Assembly (NCBI GenBank): GCA_000388065.2
Contig: KB932203.1
Length of the DNA: 43,407 nucleotides
DNA from: Fonticula alba ATCC 38817
Lineage: Eukaryota; Protista; Nucleariida
Direction: 5' to 3' (one strand)
Shown one piece after another: positions 12,078-24,100 of the stretch (positions within the stretch are counted from its first letter, which is position 1; each line of letters begins with the position of its first letter). The notes under the pieces were generated by a model. It was not told where the DNA came from. It did no database searches and worked only from the letters and a program-made list of their open reading frames with translations. A program made the translations under genes and the position numbers.

Positions 12078-12149
12078 GGGGAGCACCGGGAATCGAACTC
12101 GGGACCTCTCGCACCCGAAGCGAGAATCATACCACTAGACTATGCTCAA
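12078..12149 (-). tRNA. tRNA-Pro, anticodon CGG (12117-12115); acceptor stem mismatched at pairs 1:72 and 2:71; A52:C62 mismatch in the T stem
   Basis: Minus strand reads TTGAGCA TA GTCTAGTGGTATGAT T CTCGC TTCGGGT GCGAG AGGTC CCGAG TTCGATT CCCGG TGCTCCC C. This is a typical eukaryotic tRNA-Pro body with A and B boxes. Confidence 0.9.
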
Positions 12150-12516
12150 ATGCGGTGGCAGTAAATGCGCACACATACCACTCCTCTCAAGTGCCCACGA
12201 ATGTGCGCTCCTTCCGCCAGCATCAACCACGACCCCCCCCCCCCCCGAGGCGCTGGCACCGCGGCCCAGAAAGCCGAGGCAAACACTCGGGACAGGACAC
12301 AGCGCCGAGAGGGACAAGTGGCCCCGGGCCCGGCAGCGATCCGAGCGACGCGTCGGGGCGCACATCTCCCTCTTCTCCCCTCCCCCCCCCCTCCCACCTC
12401 CCCTTCGTCCACCTTGTCTTCCTACACCTCCCGAAAAACAGTCCCGCCGTTTGTTGTTTGTTCGTTTGCTTTTTGCCCGGCCCTCCCACCCCCGCCGGCC
12501 CTCTCTGCGTCGCGCC

Positions 12517-15500
12517 ATGAGCTCCTACGACGACAGCTCTTTCCTGGCCTCGCTCGAGGCCCCGGATGAGGATTTCGGCAGCATGTTCCAGGAAAAGCGC
12601 TCCTCGTCCTCCTCTTCTTCATCGCGGCGGTCCTCCAGTCGGTCGGCGATCAGCGGGCGCGAGGCCGGCACTTCCGACGGTCGCCGTCGCCGGTCTTCCG
12701 GGAGAAGTCGCACTGAGCGGCGCCGTCGATCTGGCTCCCCGAGCCGGCGCCGATCCGGCGGCCGGCGCCGATCCCGCTCTCCGAGCACCGACAGCGACGA
12801 CGACAATGCGGCTGGGGGCTCCTCCTCGGATGAGGAGCCGCGGTCGCGCAAGCGCTCCCGACGCAGCGATCGCACGCACGACACCCGGGACCGGCATCGC
12901 CGCCGTCGCCGTCGATCTGGCCGGCTTTCGGTGCGCTCTACCACATGTGCCAGGGGGGGGCGGGGCCACGCTCCTCTCCTTCGTGCTCTCCCGCACATCT
13001 GACCGTCGCTTTATGCTGCTCCCCCATTGACACACACACACACACACACATAGACGGACAGTGAGGGCTCCGACTCCGACTCCGACTCGTCGTCAAGCGA
13101 CTCGGACGACCGGCCGGCCATGACGCCGGCCAGTGCGGCCACCACGGCTGCGCCGCAGCCCGAGCGCGAGGACTGGATGAACATGTCAAGCTTCGGCGAG
13201 CGGTACCTTTTCTCGTCGAAGGTGGTCAGTGCTCGTGAGGAGGTGCGGCGCTTGTGTTGCGCGGTTGCGCCCCCCCCCCCTCCCCCCACGCGCGGCACTG
13301 CGTGATTAGCCGCCAGCCCGGGCTTCCCCCTCTAACCAGCCTGCCCCTCTTCCTCCTCCTCCTCCTCTCCTTTCATGTTCACGCAGTCGGCAAATGAACT
13401 CCGGAAGCATGTTGGCTTCGTGGACATGGGTGGATCGACCCTCCGGCCGCGTGCCCGTACGTTAGTGCTGGCCTCGAGCCACACACGCACCAGCGTTCGT
13501 CCCGGGCCCCGGGCGTCTGCGCGGGTGACAATATCTCCCCCTCTTGCCTGCGTGCACTGACACTCTGCTGCCTTCCGTTGGCCACATAGCCGCGCCGGTG
13601 GTTTCCGATGGCGGCCTTTCCTGGAAGCAGCGGAAGCTCGCCCGCGCTCGCGCTCGCGCTCAGGAGTCTGGCAGATCTCTGACCGAAGTATGGCTCGAGA
13701 TGGGCGAAGTGCGTACACACCTGAGCAGGGCAGGGGAGAGGAAAATCCCCCACACATGCAGACATTCTCACCCCTTCTCTCTCTCCCTCTCTCCCGCACA
13801 CGTGCCGCACGCCAGACCCCCGAGAGCCTTGAGGAGCTGACTGCTGGATCGGCGACTGGTCGGCCATCAGACGAGCAGCCAGGGTGCGCTTCGACACCTT
13901 CTTGCGCCTTCCTCTCTTTCTCTCTCTCTCTTCGTACAAGCCCCGGTTCTAACTCTCCCGTTGTTCCCTTTAGTGTGCGCGTCTCCGCCGGCGCCTCAGG
14001 CCCGCGGACCACCGCCAGGACCGACTACACCATGGCCATCAAGGACAAGCTGCTTGCTCCATCGGCCACCTCGCAGTGCGTCCAGACCCGCCACACGGCT
14101 CCCCATCCACTAGCACACATGCACAAGCATATTTCCCTCTCCTCTCCCCCCCCTCTCTCTCTCGCTCGCCCTTTGCCTGACCCTGCCCGTCCGAACGCCT
14201 CCATCACCTGCACGACAACACCCAGGGGCGGGTATGGCGGCTTCGCGCCGGATCTGATCGACGGGACAAACCAGCGCCGCGGCGACCACATTTTCGCTCC
14301 GGTCACGGCTCCGTTGTCGGTCTCCCCGCCGGGGAGCCCCGACCGGGGTGCCTCGCCCGCCGGGCCTGTGTCTTCGGCAAGCGAGTCCCGGGGCTCCGGG
14401 CCTGCCGCCTCGGGCGCTGTGGCCGGGCCAGCGGCCCCGGCTGCCGCGCCTGCCGCGCCTGCCGCGCCTGCTGCCCTGTCGGTCACTGAGCGCAATAAGC
14501 TGGCAGCACGCATTATGCGTGCGGAGATGAAGGGCGACCATGCATTGGCCCAGACATTGAAGGCCAAGCTGGATCCGGGCCCGGCTGCTGCCCCGGCCCG
14601 GGCCTCGGCCCCGGCTGCTGACAGCCACCAGCCGGAGGGAGACTCAAACGTGCGGGTCATTTCGGCACCGATGGCCGCGCTGGAGCGCCTGCGTCAGCAG
14701 GATGCCGCCTTTGTCCCGTCTCAGGTCCCCGGGCCGAATCGCCCAGTGCGCATCCCTCCCACGATCACCCCGCCCGGGCTTGCAGCCTGCATCTTGCTTC
14801 GACATTGTCGTCGAATGCTCTGACCCGCTCCTCCCCTCCCCCTCCCCTTCCCCTCCCCCTCCCCCTCCCTTCCTCCTCTTGTCTCAAGGTTGCCACGCAT
14901 GATCGCCATGGGAACCGTGTTGCCTATGCTGGCGAGAACTCCGCCGAGTCGGATCTGTCGACTGATGAGCTGCTGCGCCGGGAGCGCCTCCTGGCGGCCG
15001 TTGCCCGGCAGTCCTCCTCCCGCGATACCGATTCCCCCGACGCGGAGTTCGCTCGGAACATTGCGCGGAACCGTCGGTACACCGACAACTTGGATTACCA
15101 GGACGACAATGCCGACCTCCTGGCTGTGGCGCCGCGGCGGGCCCGTGCCAAGGATCACGCAAAGGAGACGGAAAAGTCGCGCCAGCGTGCCATCTCCGGT
15201 GCGTCCCCCATCCATCCGCCCCGGCGCCGCTGTCAGCAGCCCCCTCTCTCTCTCTTTCTCACACACACACACACACACATGCATGCATGTGCGCACCTAC
15301 GCACCTACGCACGTAGACCTTCAGCGCGAGGAGCGCCTGCATAACCGCTGCTGGTATTGCGTCGACAGCCCGCAGTACCGGCCGCACCTGACCATCTCGT
15401 CCGGCTTCCACGCGTACCTTGCGCTCCCCCGGCAGGGTGCGTTTGTATCTGCCCTGCCCCGGAAGCGCAGGCGAGCATCCTCCACCTTGGGGCCACTCGC

Positions 15501-16252
15501 TTCCGCCTGTCCTTTTTCTTTTTCTGACACACCTCGGACACACCGGCTCTCCCCTCCGCCCCCGGCCCTCTGAGAGCAGGCCAGCTGGCTCCGGGGCACT
15601 GCCTGCTGGTTCCCCGGGCTCATGTGCCCTCATCGTTGGCCCTGCAGGATGATGATGACTGTTTGGTGGAGCTGCGCAACTTCAAGAAGAGCCTGATCCA
15701 GGCATTCGCCGCGCGCGGACTCTCCTGCTTGTTTATCGAGCGCGGCGAGGGAACCACGGAGGAGGGCTCCCGTCGCCGCCATGGCATCATCGAGTGCATT
15801 CCTCTGCCCGAGGAGGCATATGATGAGGCGCCCATTTTCTTCAAGGTACGCCATGTGCCCACCCCTGGAGAAGGGCGCACTTCAGTCCTTCCCCGCTAAC
15901 CATGATGCGCGATCACATCCCGTCCTTCCGGCTCTCCGGCTCTCCGGGTCTCCTCCCGCCGTCACTTTGCCCGAGATAGAAGGCCCTCCTGGAATCCGAC
16001 GAGACCTGGTCTCAGCACCGGAAAGTCATCGACGTGAGGCCACGCTCGGCTTTCGTGGTCAACCAGGGCGAGCACGCCGGTGCGGCCCCCACCTCCTTCG
16101 GCCTCCGCCGTGCGGTTCCCCCGAATCTGCCCTTCTTCTTTGTCGAGTTCAGCCTCGACTCCGGCATGGCTCACATCATCGAGGACCGTTCGCGCTTTCC
16201 GGATGACTTTGGCTACGTGCGTGTAGGGTCTCCTCCTCTGTGCCGGGGATTC

Positions 16253-16318
<66 letters not shown>

Positions 16319-16579
16319 TTTCGCCTCTTTCTTTGCCGAGGCTTCTGGGGAAAAGCGAGGCCCCGCTTACACGGCTCTCTCACCTGCTTCATCACCTTCC
16401 ACCGACAGTCGGTTGTCGGGGGCTTGTTGGATATGGACGAATCGGAGTGGCGCCGGTCACGCCGGCGCCCGGACGAGGCATCGGCCGCCGCCGAAGCCCG
16501 GCGCATCGGGGACTTCCGTCAGATTTGGGCCCCGTACGACTGGACGCGGGCCCTCCAGGCACCACCAGGTGCCGGATAA
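12517..16579 (+). CDS. CWF19L2: CWF19-like protein 2 (CwfJ C-terminal domains), spliceosome-associated; about 12 exons
   Basis: Motifs: DGGLSWKQRK, RNKLAARIMRAEMKG, THDRHGNRV, RCWYCVDS, GHCLLVP, HGIIECIPLP...APIFFKKALLESDETWSQ, VPPNLPFFFVEF...AHIIED, WAPYDWT. Internal exon boundaries were only partly resolved. Confidence 0.92.
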
Positions 16580-17847
16580 TGTGGCACCTCCCTCGTGCTC
16601 CGGGGCTCCCCCTTGCCCCTCCTCCCTTTGCTTTTTTCCTTCTTTTTTTTTCCTGCAACCGACCCACACTCGAAATACACCTAGGGCCATGCAGCTGTTA
16701 TCACCCCCCCCCCCCCCCACTTGGCCTGGACCGGCTGAGCGGACCGAGGCGCGCCGGCTTGCCGGGGAGGGGCTGGCGGTGCGTGAGCCCGCCCCGCCCA
16801 AGTGGTGTTCGGTCCCTTCCCGCCCGCGCTCCGCCTCCTCCCCGTCCCCAGGTTCGAAGCGGCGTGAACACCACACGGCCGTCCCCAAGCGGGCCGGCTG
16901 CCTCCAATAGATATATTGCTATTCACCCGCTATCAGCGCTGGTCGCCGCCAACAGGAATGCACGAGCGCGCTCCCCACGCAATCGTGCTGTCCGTTGGTA
17001 GACGCGGTCACACGGACCTCGACGTGATCCTTTCGCCGCGGGTCGGCTTGGACACAAAAACAAATTGCCCGAGGACTACTATTCACGCAAAGGTGGATGC
17101 CTCTGTGCCCCGGCCCCCGGGCCACCACCGTACTTGCACAGCCGTACCCTGGCGCATCAGCCAATCTCCCCGTCCCCGGTGTCCTCGGCAGGGAGGCCCT
17201 AACACACAGCGAACGGACACACGTACAACCCTCTCTCGCTCCGCGGTGTGCCGGTGTTGTGCCGCGAGCCTCTCTGTTTTGGTGTGTTGCTCGGTCCTTC
17301 GCGGGCATCGGGCCCCACCGTCGGCTGCCGTAGCTGGGAGGTGCATGTGTGGCGGAAGGGGGGCTCCCCGGCCCGGGGGCGAGCGGGCGCGGACGGCTCG
17401 GGGGGAGGGGCGAGGGGGGAGGGGCGGGGGGCGAGGGGCGCAACCAAGCCGATCGACGAAGCTCTTTTCAGCCTGGCCGCCGCTCAATCGGCGCCAGGAA
17501 TGACCATCCCTCTTCTCCCCCGCCCCCCCCCCCCTCCCCCCTCCCCCTTTTCTGTCGCGCGCCGCACCATCGTCTCATCCCGCGCACGCCGCTGCCACTG
17601 TTTCCTCCTCCACTTCCTCCCCCATCCTGACCTGACCCCTCTGTGCGGGGCTCATACACACGCCTTTACGCGCGTGTACACCCGTGGGAGGCCCCGCCCG
17701 GATTCTCATCCCCTCGGCTCCCAGCCGTGCCCGTTGCTCCTGTCCCTTTCGTGGCTCGAGGGCGGGGTTCACCATCGCGGCAGGCGCTGTGTGCTGAGCA
17801 CCACCGGATAAGCCCCCGCTGCCTTCCAGCCACTGGTGCCGAGAATA

Positions 17848-18080
17848 ATGACCTCCGGCGCGACATTCCCCCTCCATGTGACCCGACCGGATGAGCAGGG
17901 CCTCTACCGCCTGCCGGCCGTGGGCACCACCCCATACGATGCGCTGACCTCCCTGGTGTCGTGGCGCCCGGTGCGCGTCCGCCCACCGACCGACCTGTCC
18001 TCCTACGATGCGCCGTATCCCGGGGACAACCACTTGGTCCGTCTGGGCACCGTCACTCCTGCCCCTCCTTCCTTTTCTCC

Positions 18081-18149
<69 letters not shown>

Positions 18150-21100
18150 AATGGGGTCACCCGTCCTACTTCACAGGGGCGTGCCTGCGGGCACCAGTGG
18201 CGCTGGGGTGGCCGGGGAGGGCGGGGCCCCCCCGGAGAGAAAGGCATCAAGGCGCAGACCCCACCGGTGCGCGCACTCCCCCCCCCTCCCCCCCTTCCCC
18301 CCCCCCCCCCCCCCCCCGCGCCCCTCGCCCGCGTGCCCGCCGCTCGTCCCCTGTGAATGCCTTGCCACCTGACACCCAGATGTGTTGCATACGCGTGCAC
18401 CTGTGCGGGCCTCAGTTCATCATCCATGTCCAGCCTGAGCAGGCGCCCTTCCCTCACACGGACTGCGACCCGGCAGTTGGGGCATTCACCGTCCTGCATG
18501 TGGACCCGAATACCGGCCGGCCGGAGCGCATCCCGGCGCCAAGCCACTCGACCGGGTGTCCGCTTGGTGGCCAGACGGCCGAGGCGAGCGCCCCCGTCAC
18601 CGGGCCCTGCTTCCTGTGTGTGGCTCTGGCCACCGGGCCGCGGTCCGGGCCGAGGACCACCCAGTCGGGCCAGTCGCTTGTCGAAGAGGAAGAGCAGGCC
18701 CTCCTCTGGGTGCGGGCTAGCTGCCTGGCCTTGCAATATCAATACGCGCGGGCGGACTTCCCGACACTGCTCCAGTACCCGGAGGTGGCCACGCTGCTTG
18801 GTGTGGGCGATTTGCTGGCCTCCGCCCCAGGGGCGGATCCCGACCAAAGTTGCACCCTCTGGCAGCTGTTCACCCTGTCCCTGCGGCTGAAGTTCTCAAT
18901 CAAGCGGGTGTTCGCCGTTCTCGGGCTCTTCACTTCGGCCAGCATCTTTCCCCAGCCGGACATTGGTGTGCCGCTGGCCATGGCCCATGTGCTGGTGGCC
19001 ATCAAGGTGCGTTCCCTGGTCCTCGCCACGGAGCGCGGGTATCTCCCGGGCCCTGCTGGTGGTCGTGTGTGTGTGTGTGTGTGCGGGGGGGGGGNNNNNN
19101 NNNNNNNNNNNNNNNNNNNNNNNNNNNNNNNNNNNNNNNGGGGGCGAGAGGAGGGACACAGACCAGGCACACCCCGCGAAGGATGACCGACTCTCACACG
19201 GTGCCTTCTTGCCCATCCTCGGTGCGCATGCGTCGCTCTGCGCAGGTGAGCCGGCTGGCCACCCTGCCCACCGGGCACCCCATCTACCAGGTGAACGATT
19301 CCATGTGGATTTCGGTGCGTCCACTTGATCGTGGCTCGGAGCGCTCCCTCGCCAGGTGACTCACCCCCTGCCCTCACCGGCAATGCAGATCCCCCTGTCA
19401 ACCATCCCGCCGGGTGCCTACTCGGAGCTTGAGGCCGAGAAGCTCATGCAGCGCCGCATTGCCCAGCGACACTACTACTGCCACGGCGTGGACTTGACAA
19501 CGTATGTGGTCCTCTTCGCCTCCTTCTTTTTCCCATCTCCTCCTCCTTCCCCCTTTAACGCCCACATGTCTGCCACTGCCCCTGGGGCTTTCGCCCTCTC
19601 GCGCGCAGTCCCTTTCCTCCGACGCCGACCGGCGCCGGCCGGCGCCCCTGCCGCAATCCGGGCTTCCGAGCGAACCACCTGCTGTCGGGCCCCTTCGCCA
19701 TGGCCGGCGCGCCAGAGGTGTGTGTCGCCCTCATCCGCGGCACGGTCAACCTCCGCCAGGAAACAATCAGGGCGCAGGGCCCCGCCGAGGAGGCGGCATC
19801 AGGCCTGCGGCCCGCACTGGAGCACATCACCTTGCTGGTGCTGACCCGGCTGGCGGATGACCTTTTGGCCAAGGCCCTTCCCTTGTCCTGTGGCTTGCTG
19901 CTGTCGCGATCCTCCCCGACCACCTTTGTCAAGTCGCTGCTGACCGCCGGGCCCGGTGGGCATCCAGGCGCCGGGGGTATGGCTGGCAATGGGGCGCATG
20001 CCGCCGGCATTGGTGTGCATCCTGGCCCGGGCTTGGCGACGGATGCCAACGCCTCGCCGCAGATGGCTGGCTTCATTGGCCTCCGGCGGTCGAGCCAGTT
20101 CCAGACACTCTCGGGGGCCGGATCGGCCAGCACGCCGGCCGGCAGCCCGGGGCTCATCCCCGGCAGCCCGGCGCCGGGAATGGCCCCCGGCGGCCCCGGG
20201 CCCGATGCCGCGCTTGCTGCCGGACCCGATCGGGCCGACCGCTTTGGCGACATCCAGAGCTCGACGCAATTGTGTGCGCGCGAGGGCGAGGTCCAGGCCA
20301 TTGCCTGGACCGGCCAGTCGCCCCAGCGCCCCGGGCCTGGGGCCTCGATTTCGGACGCGTGCCAGAGGGTGCGCTTCAGTGCCAGTGTCGCGCGTGCAGG
20401 CACCCCGCCGGCGGCCATCCGTCTGGTGCCGAACCAGACCCGCGACCCGCACGAACGCCCGTACCACTTGATCTTGGGGAACCGGGGGTCGGCCGGCTTC
20501 GAGGAGGACTTTCTCCACCTGGAGGTGCCACACAATTTGGCCTCCTCCGGGCCGTCGCTTTCTTCGGACTTCGCCCATGCCTTGGCCTACTTCTCCCTCC
20601 TGTCGACCGAGACGCTGGGGGCCTTTTCATCGGATCGGCGCCAGGAGGTCATCCTCCTGGACGTGGCATACCAGTATGATCTGTCGTACCTGGTGCGTGT
20701 GGCTGCTGCTGCTGCTGCTGCGGCCGCCTGGCTTGCCCCAATTGTCCGGGGGGAGATTCGCATGTTCGCTCTTTCTCCGCCTTTCCTCGTCTCCCCTGTC
20801 GCTGCCATGCCCTAACTGTGTGTGTCCCATTCCCGGGTGCAGCTCAAGAGCCTTTGTCGCATGGCCCGGTCCTCGCGCAGCCTGCCCATCCTGTCACACT
20901 TCAGCCGCGAGGAGTACCACCTCCAACAGATGGACCAGGCGTCGTATGCGCGGCGCATGACCCACGGTGTGCTGAACGTCCCGGGCTTGGCGCCCGGACG
21001 CTCGGGCCCTGCCAGCCCGGCGGCCACGGTCGAACGCATCATCAGTCGCCAGCAGACGGTCATGCGCCTGGCCCACCTGACCCCCTTCCCGCCGCTGGCC

Positions 21101-24100
21101 GATGCCCTTCGGCACTCATTCATGCTGGACGCAGCGGCCGAGCATTTGTTGTCTCCGGCAGCGGCGGCCGGCGGCCTGATGGCCAGGGCCCTGTGCGACA
21201 CCATGGAGGGGTTCGTCCATGCGCTGGCCTCGGCCATCCGGTCGCCCTCTTTGCGCAACAAAGTCCCCTGCGTGCGGGGGAGTGAGGCGGTTGTTGGGCG
21301 CTTTTTCCTGGCCCAAACGCCGCTGCGGTCGCCCGGTGAGGATGACATGGAGGAAGACCCGGCGACCGCCGGCGGTCCTGGCCGAGCTCCGGGACCCGCG
21401 GCCGCGCAGCTGTCTCTCCCCCAGGCCACCCTGGCCGAGGAGGCCGCCGGGCCACTCCGGCGACCGGGTCGGCGCCAAATGGCCGGGGCCGGGGCCCGGT
21501 CCCCGCTGGGACCCGGCATGGAGAAGCCCGCCGATACTCCGCCCACGCGGGCGTGCCCGCCACCGGGTCTGCCCCTGGTACCGGGCGCCCGGCGTGGCCT
21601 CGGCAGTGGGCAGATTGCCGAGCAGGAACCCCCAGCGGGGATGGAGGCCGACGATGATGTGGGCCCGGATGACTTCGACGATGACGATGACGATGAAGAT
21701 GCCGGTGCTGTGGATGACGAGGAAGATGCCACCGGCCACCGGGGTCCGGGCCGTACGCCGGCCAGCGTCGATGCGCGAGTCAGCCATCCGGCCTCCAGTC
21801 TGCTGCCCAGCCCGCCGGAGGTGAGGGCCGCGTGGCGGTCCGACGGGGCCGGGCCCTTGATGGCGGCCATGAGCCCCGACAACACACGGGCCGACTGGCC
21901 AGCGGCGCTGAGCGGGTCGGGCACGCCGCTGCCGGCGGCTTCGGCCCTGGTTCGGGGCCTGGCCCCGCACGGGACCGTCGCCATGCCGGTCAGCCAGCCC
22001 GGCATCACCGAATATGACTTCGACAACCAGCATGTCCAGAGTTCGGACGACGAGCCGGCAGACTGGGGCTTCGCCGACATCGAAGGCCATCTGCAGCAAA
22101 TGCATGCGGCCCTGGAGGGCGAGCAGTCTCAGCGTCTGGTGGCCTTCGCTCCGGAATTGGGCCTGGGCGCGGCCGTGTCCAAGCGCCCGGCCACCGGGGC
22201 CGGGGGCGCACTTCCCGGCAGCGGGTCACACCCGCGCATGGTTCCCCTGCTGCCTGTGCCGCTGCTGGTGGAGGAGCCCACTTCCGGGGGCCAGTGTCCC
22301 TTTGCCGTGGAGATGGGCTTTGCCCCGCCGCTGGGTGCTCTGCCGGCCATTCGGCGCCTTGTGGATCTGACTTCGCCCCAAGCCCCGGTGGACTGGTTCA
22401 CTTGGGATCGGCCGGCTCTGGCGCTGACCTTTGCCATCATGGCGCCCCTGTGTCGGCCACTGCGCCTGAATTTGGTCCTGCCGGCCGATGGCCGGGGCGC
22501 CCCGCGGCGCCTGGATGTTCTGGTGTCCGAGACCCTCGGGTCCCGGGCTGCCTGGCGAGTGATCTGCGACCGGGTGCCCCTCGCGGCCCCGGACTGCTCG
22601 GTCGAGTCGGAGTCCGACCAGGAGTCCGGCCGGCCGCGCGCACCGGATGCCTCGTCCGCTGACAGTGGGTACCTGCTGGTGAGCCGGTGCCGGAAGCACC
22701 GGGCCGGGCCGGGGGCTCGCGTGGCCCGGGGCGGCTCGCCACGCCTGGCCACCCTCAATGGCATGAGCATGGCCACCCCCTCTCCGAGCCTGGTGCTGGC
22801 CCCCGGGCGGTCGCCACTATTGGCCATCGCCGATCCGGAGGACGACCCCAGCCTGAGCGGCCTGGCCCAGGGGCTTGGCCCGGGCGGGGACTTCCATCGG
22901 GTCACCTCGCTGGAGGCACGCGAAGCCCTGCAGAGCGTCGACCGGCGGGGTGACAATGATGGCGATGACCGAGGCCATGCCGGGCATGGCATGGCGGAAG
23001 AGGAGGCGGAGGCGGAGGAGGAGGAGTGCTCCGGCTGCTCCAGCCAGTCCGAGGGCGAGGGCGAGGAGGACGACCTGCCGGACCCCGCGCGGGGCGATGA
23101 CCCCCGGCGTGGGGCCAGCTTCCGCAGCCTCGGCCAGACGGACAGCGGCCTGGCCGGGCCCTCGGTCTCCCGACGGGGGTCCATGCGGTATTCCTCGCGT
23201 CGTGCGTCGGCCTACTGTCACCGGGACTGCCATGGGGCCGAGAGTGAAACCCAGGCCGCGAGCCTGCATCCGGACCCACATGGAGATGACCCCCACGGCC
23301 GCCCGGAGTCGCAGGCGCTGCCATTGCAGCCACACCAGCAACAGCAGTACATCGAGCTGAGCTTCGACCTGGTGGACATGCACCAGGCCGGGCGGCCGAC
23401 TGGGCTGAGCCACATGTTCGCCGGGTCCAACTTCGGTGCCGGGTCGGCCACCGACACCGACTCGGATGCGGACACCGCCGCCGGCACGAACCCGACCGAC
23501 GGGTCCTCCACCGTGGGCGGGTCTGCTTGGCTGACGGGGCGCGGGTCAGGCCGGCGTCTCCCCCGGGCACGCTTCCTGCGCATTGTCCTGTACCGGGATG
23601 ACTTTGTGGATGCCGAGTCGGCGGCGGTGATGGGGCCGGCCTTCGGTGTGGGAAGTGCGGCTCTTTGCCACCGCCCGGGGCCGATGCGCCTCGGCCGGGT
23701 GTCGCTGCTGGCCGATGTGCCGGACGCGGCCCGGCAGCAGGCACGCCTGGTCGGGTGGCGTGGCCACCTGCGCGAGCGCCTGGTGGATGGGGCCCTGGCT
23801 GCGGCGCAGGGCCGCCTCTTGGCCGCGGTCTTCGGCACACCCGGGCCCGATGGCAAGTCGCGGGAAGACCGGTCGGGCAACACCCCGGCCGAGGCGCAGA
23901 CCCTGCCGGGCGACCAGCTGGTGCTTGGCGCCCCGGATTCCGATGCCCCGACCCCGGAGCAGCAGCTCCGGCGCTACTGTGCCCTGCTTCGCGAGAGTCT
24001 GGAGAGGCATGAGCCGGAGCTCCGCCGACGCGGGGTGCCCCGGCCAGTTGGCATCGGCCGGCGCCGGCGAGCTCCCTGCCCGCGGGCGGCCATCCTCCGG

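Noticed and set aside
19389-21100. Myotubularin identity for the giant plus-strand gene
   Set aside because: Myotubularin motifs are absent; several ordered motifs match SAC9 instead.
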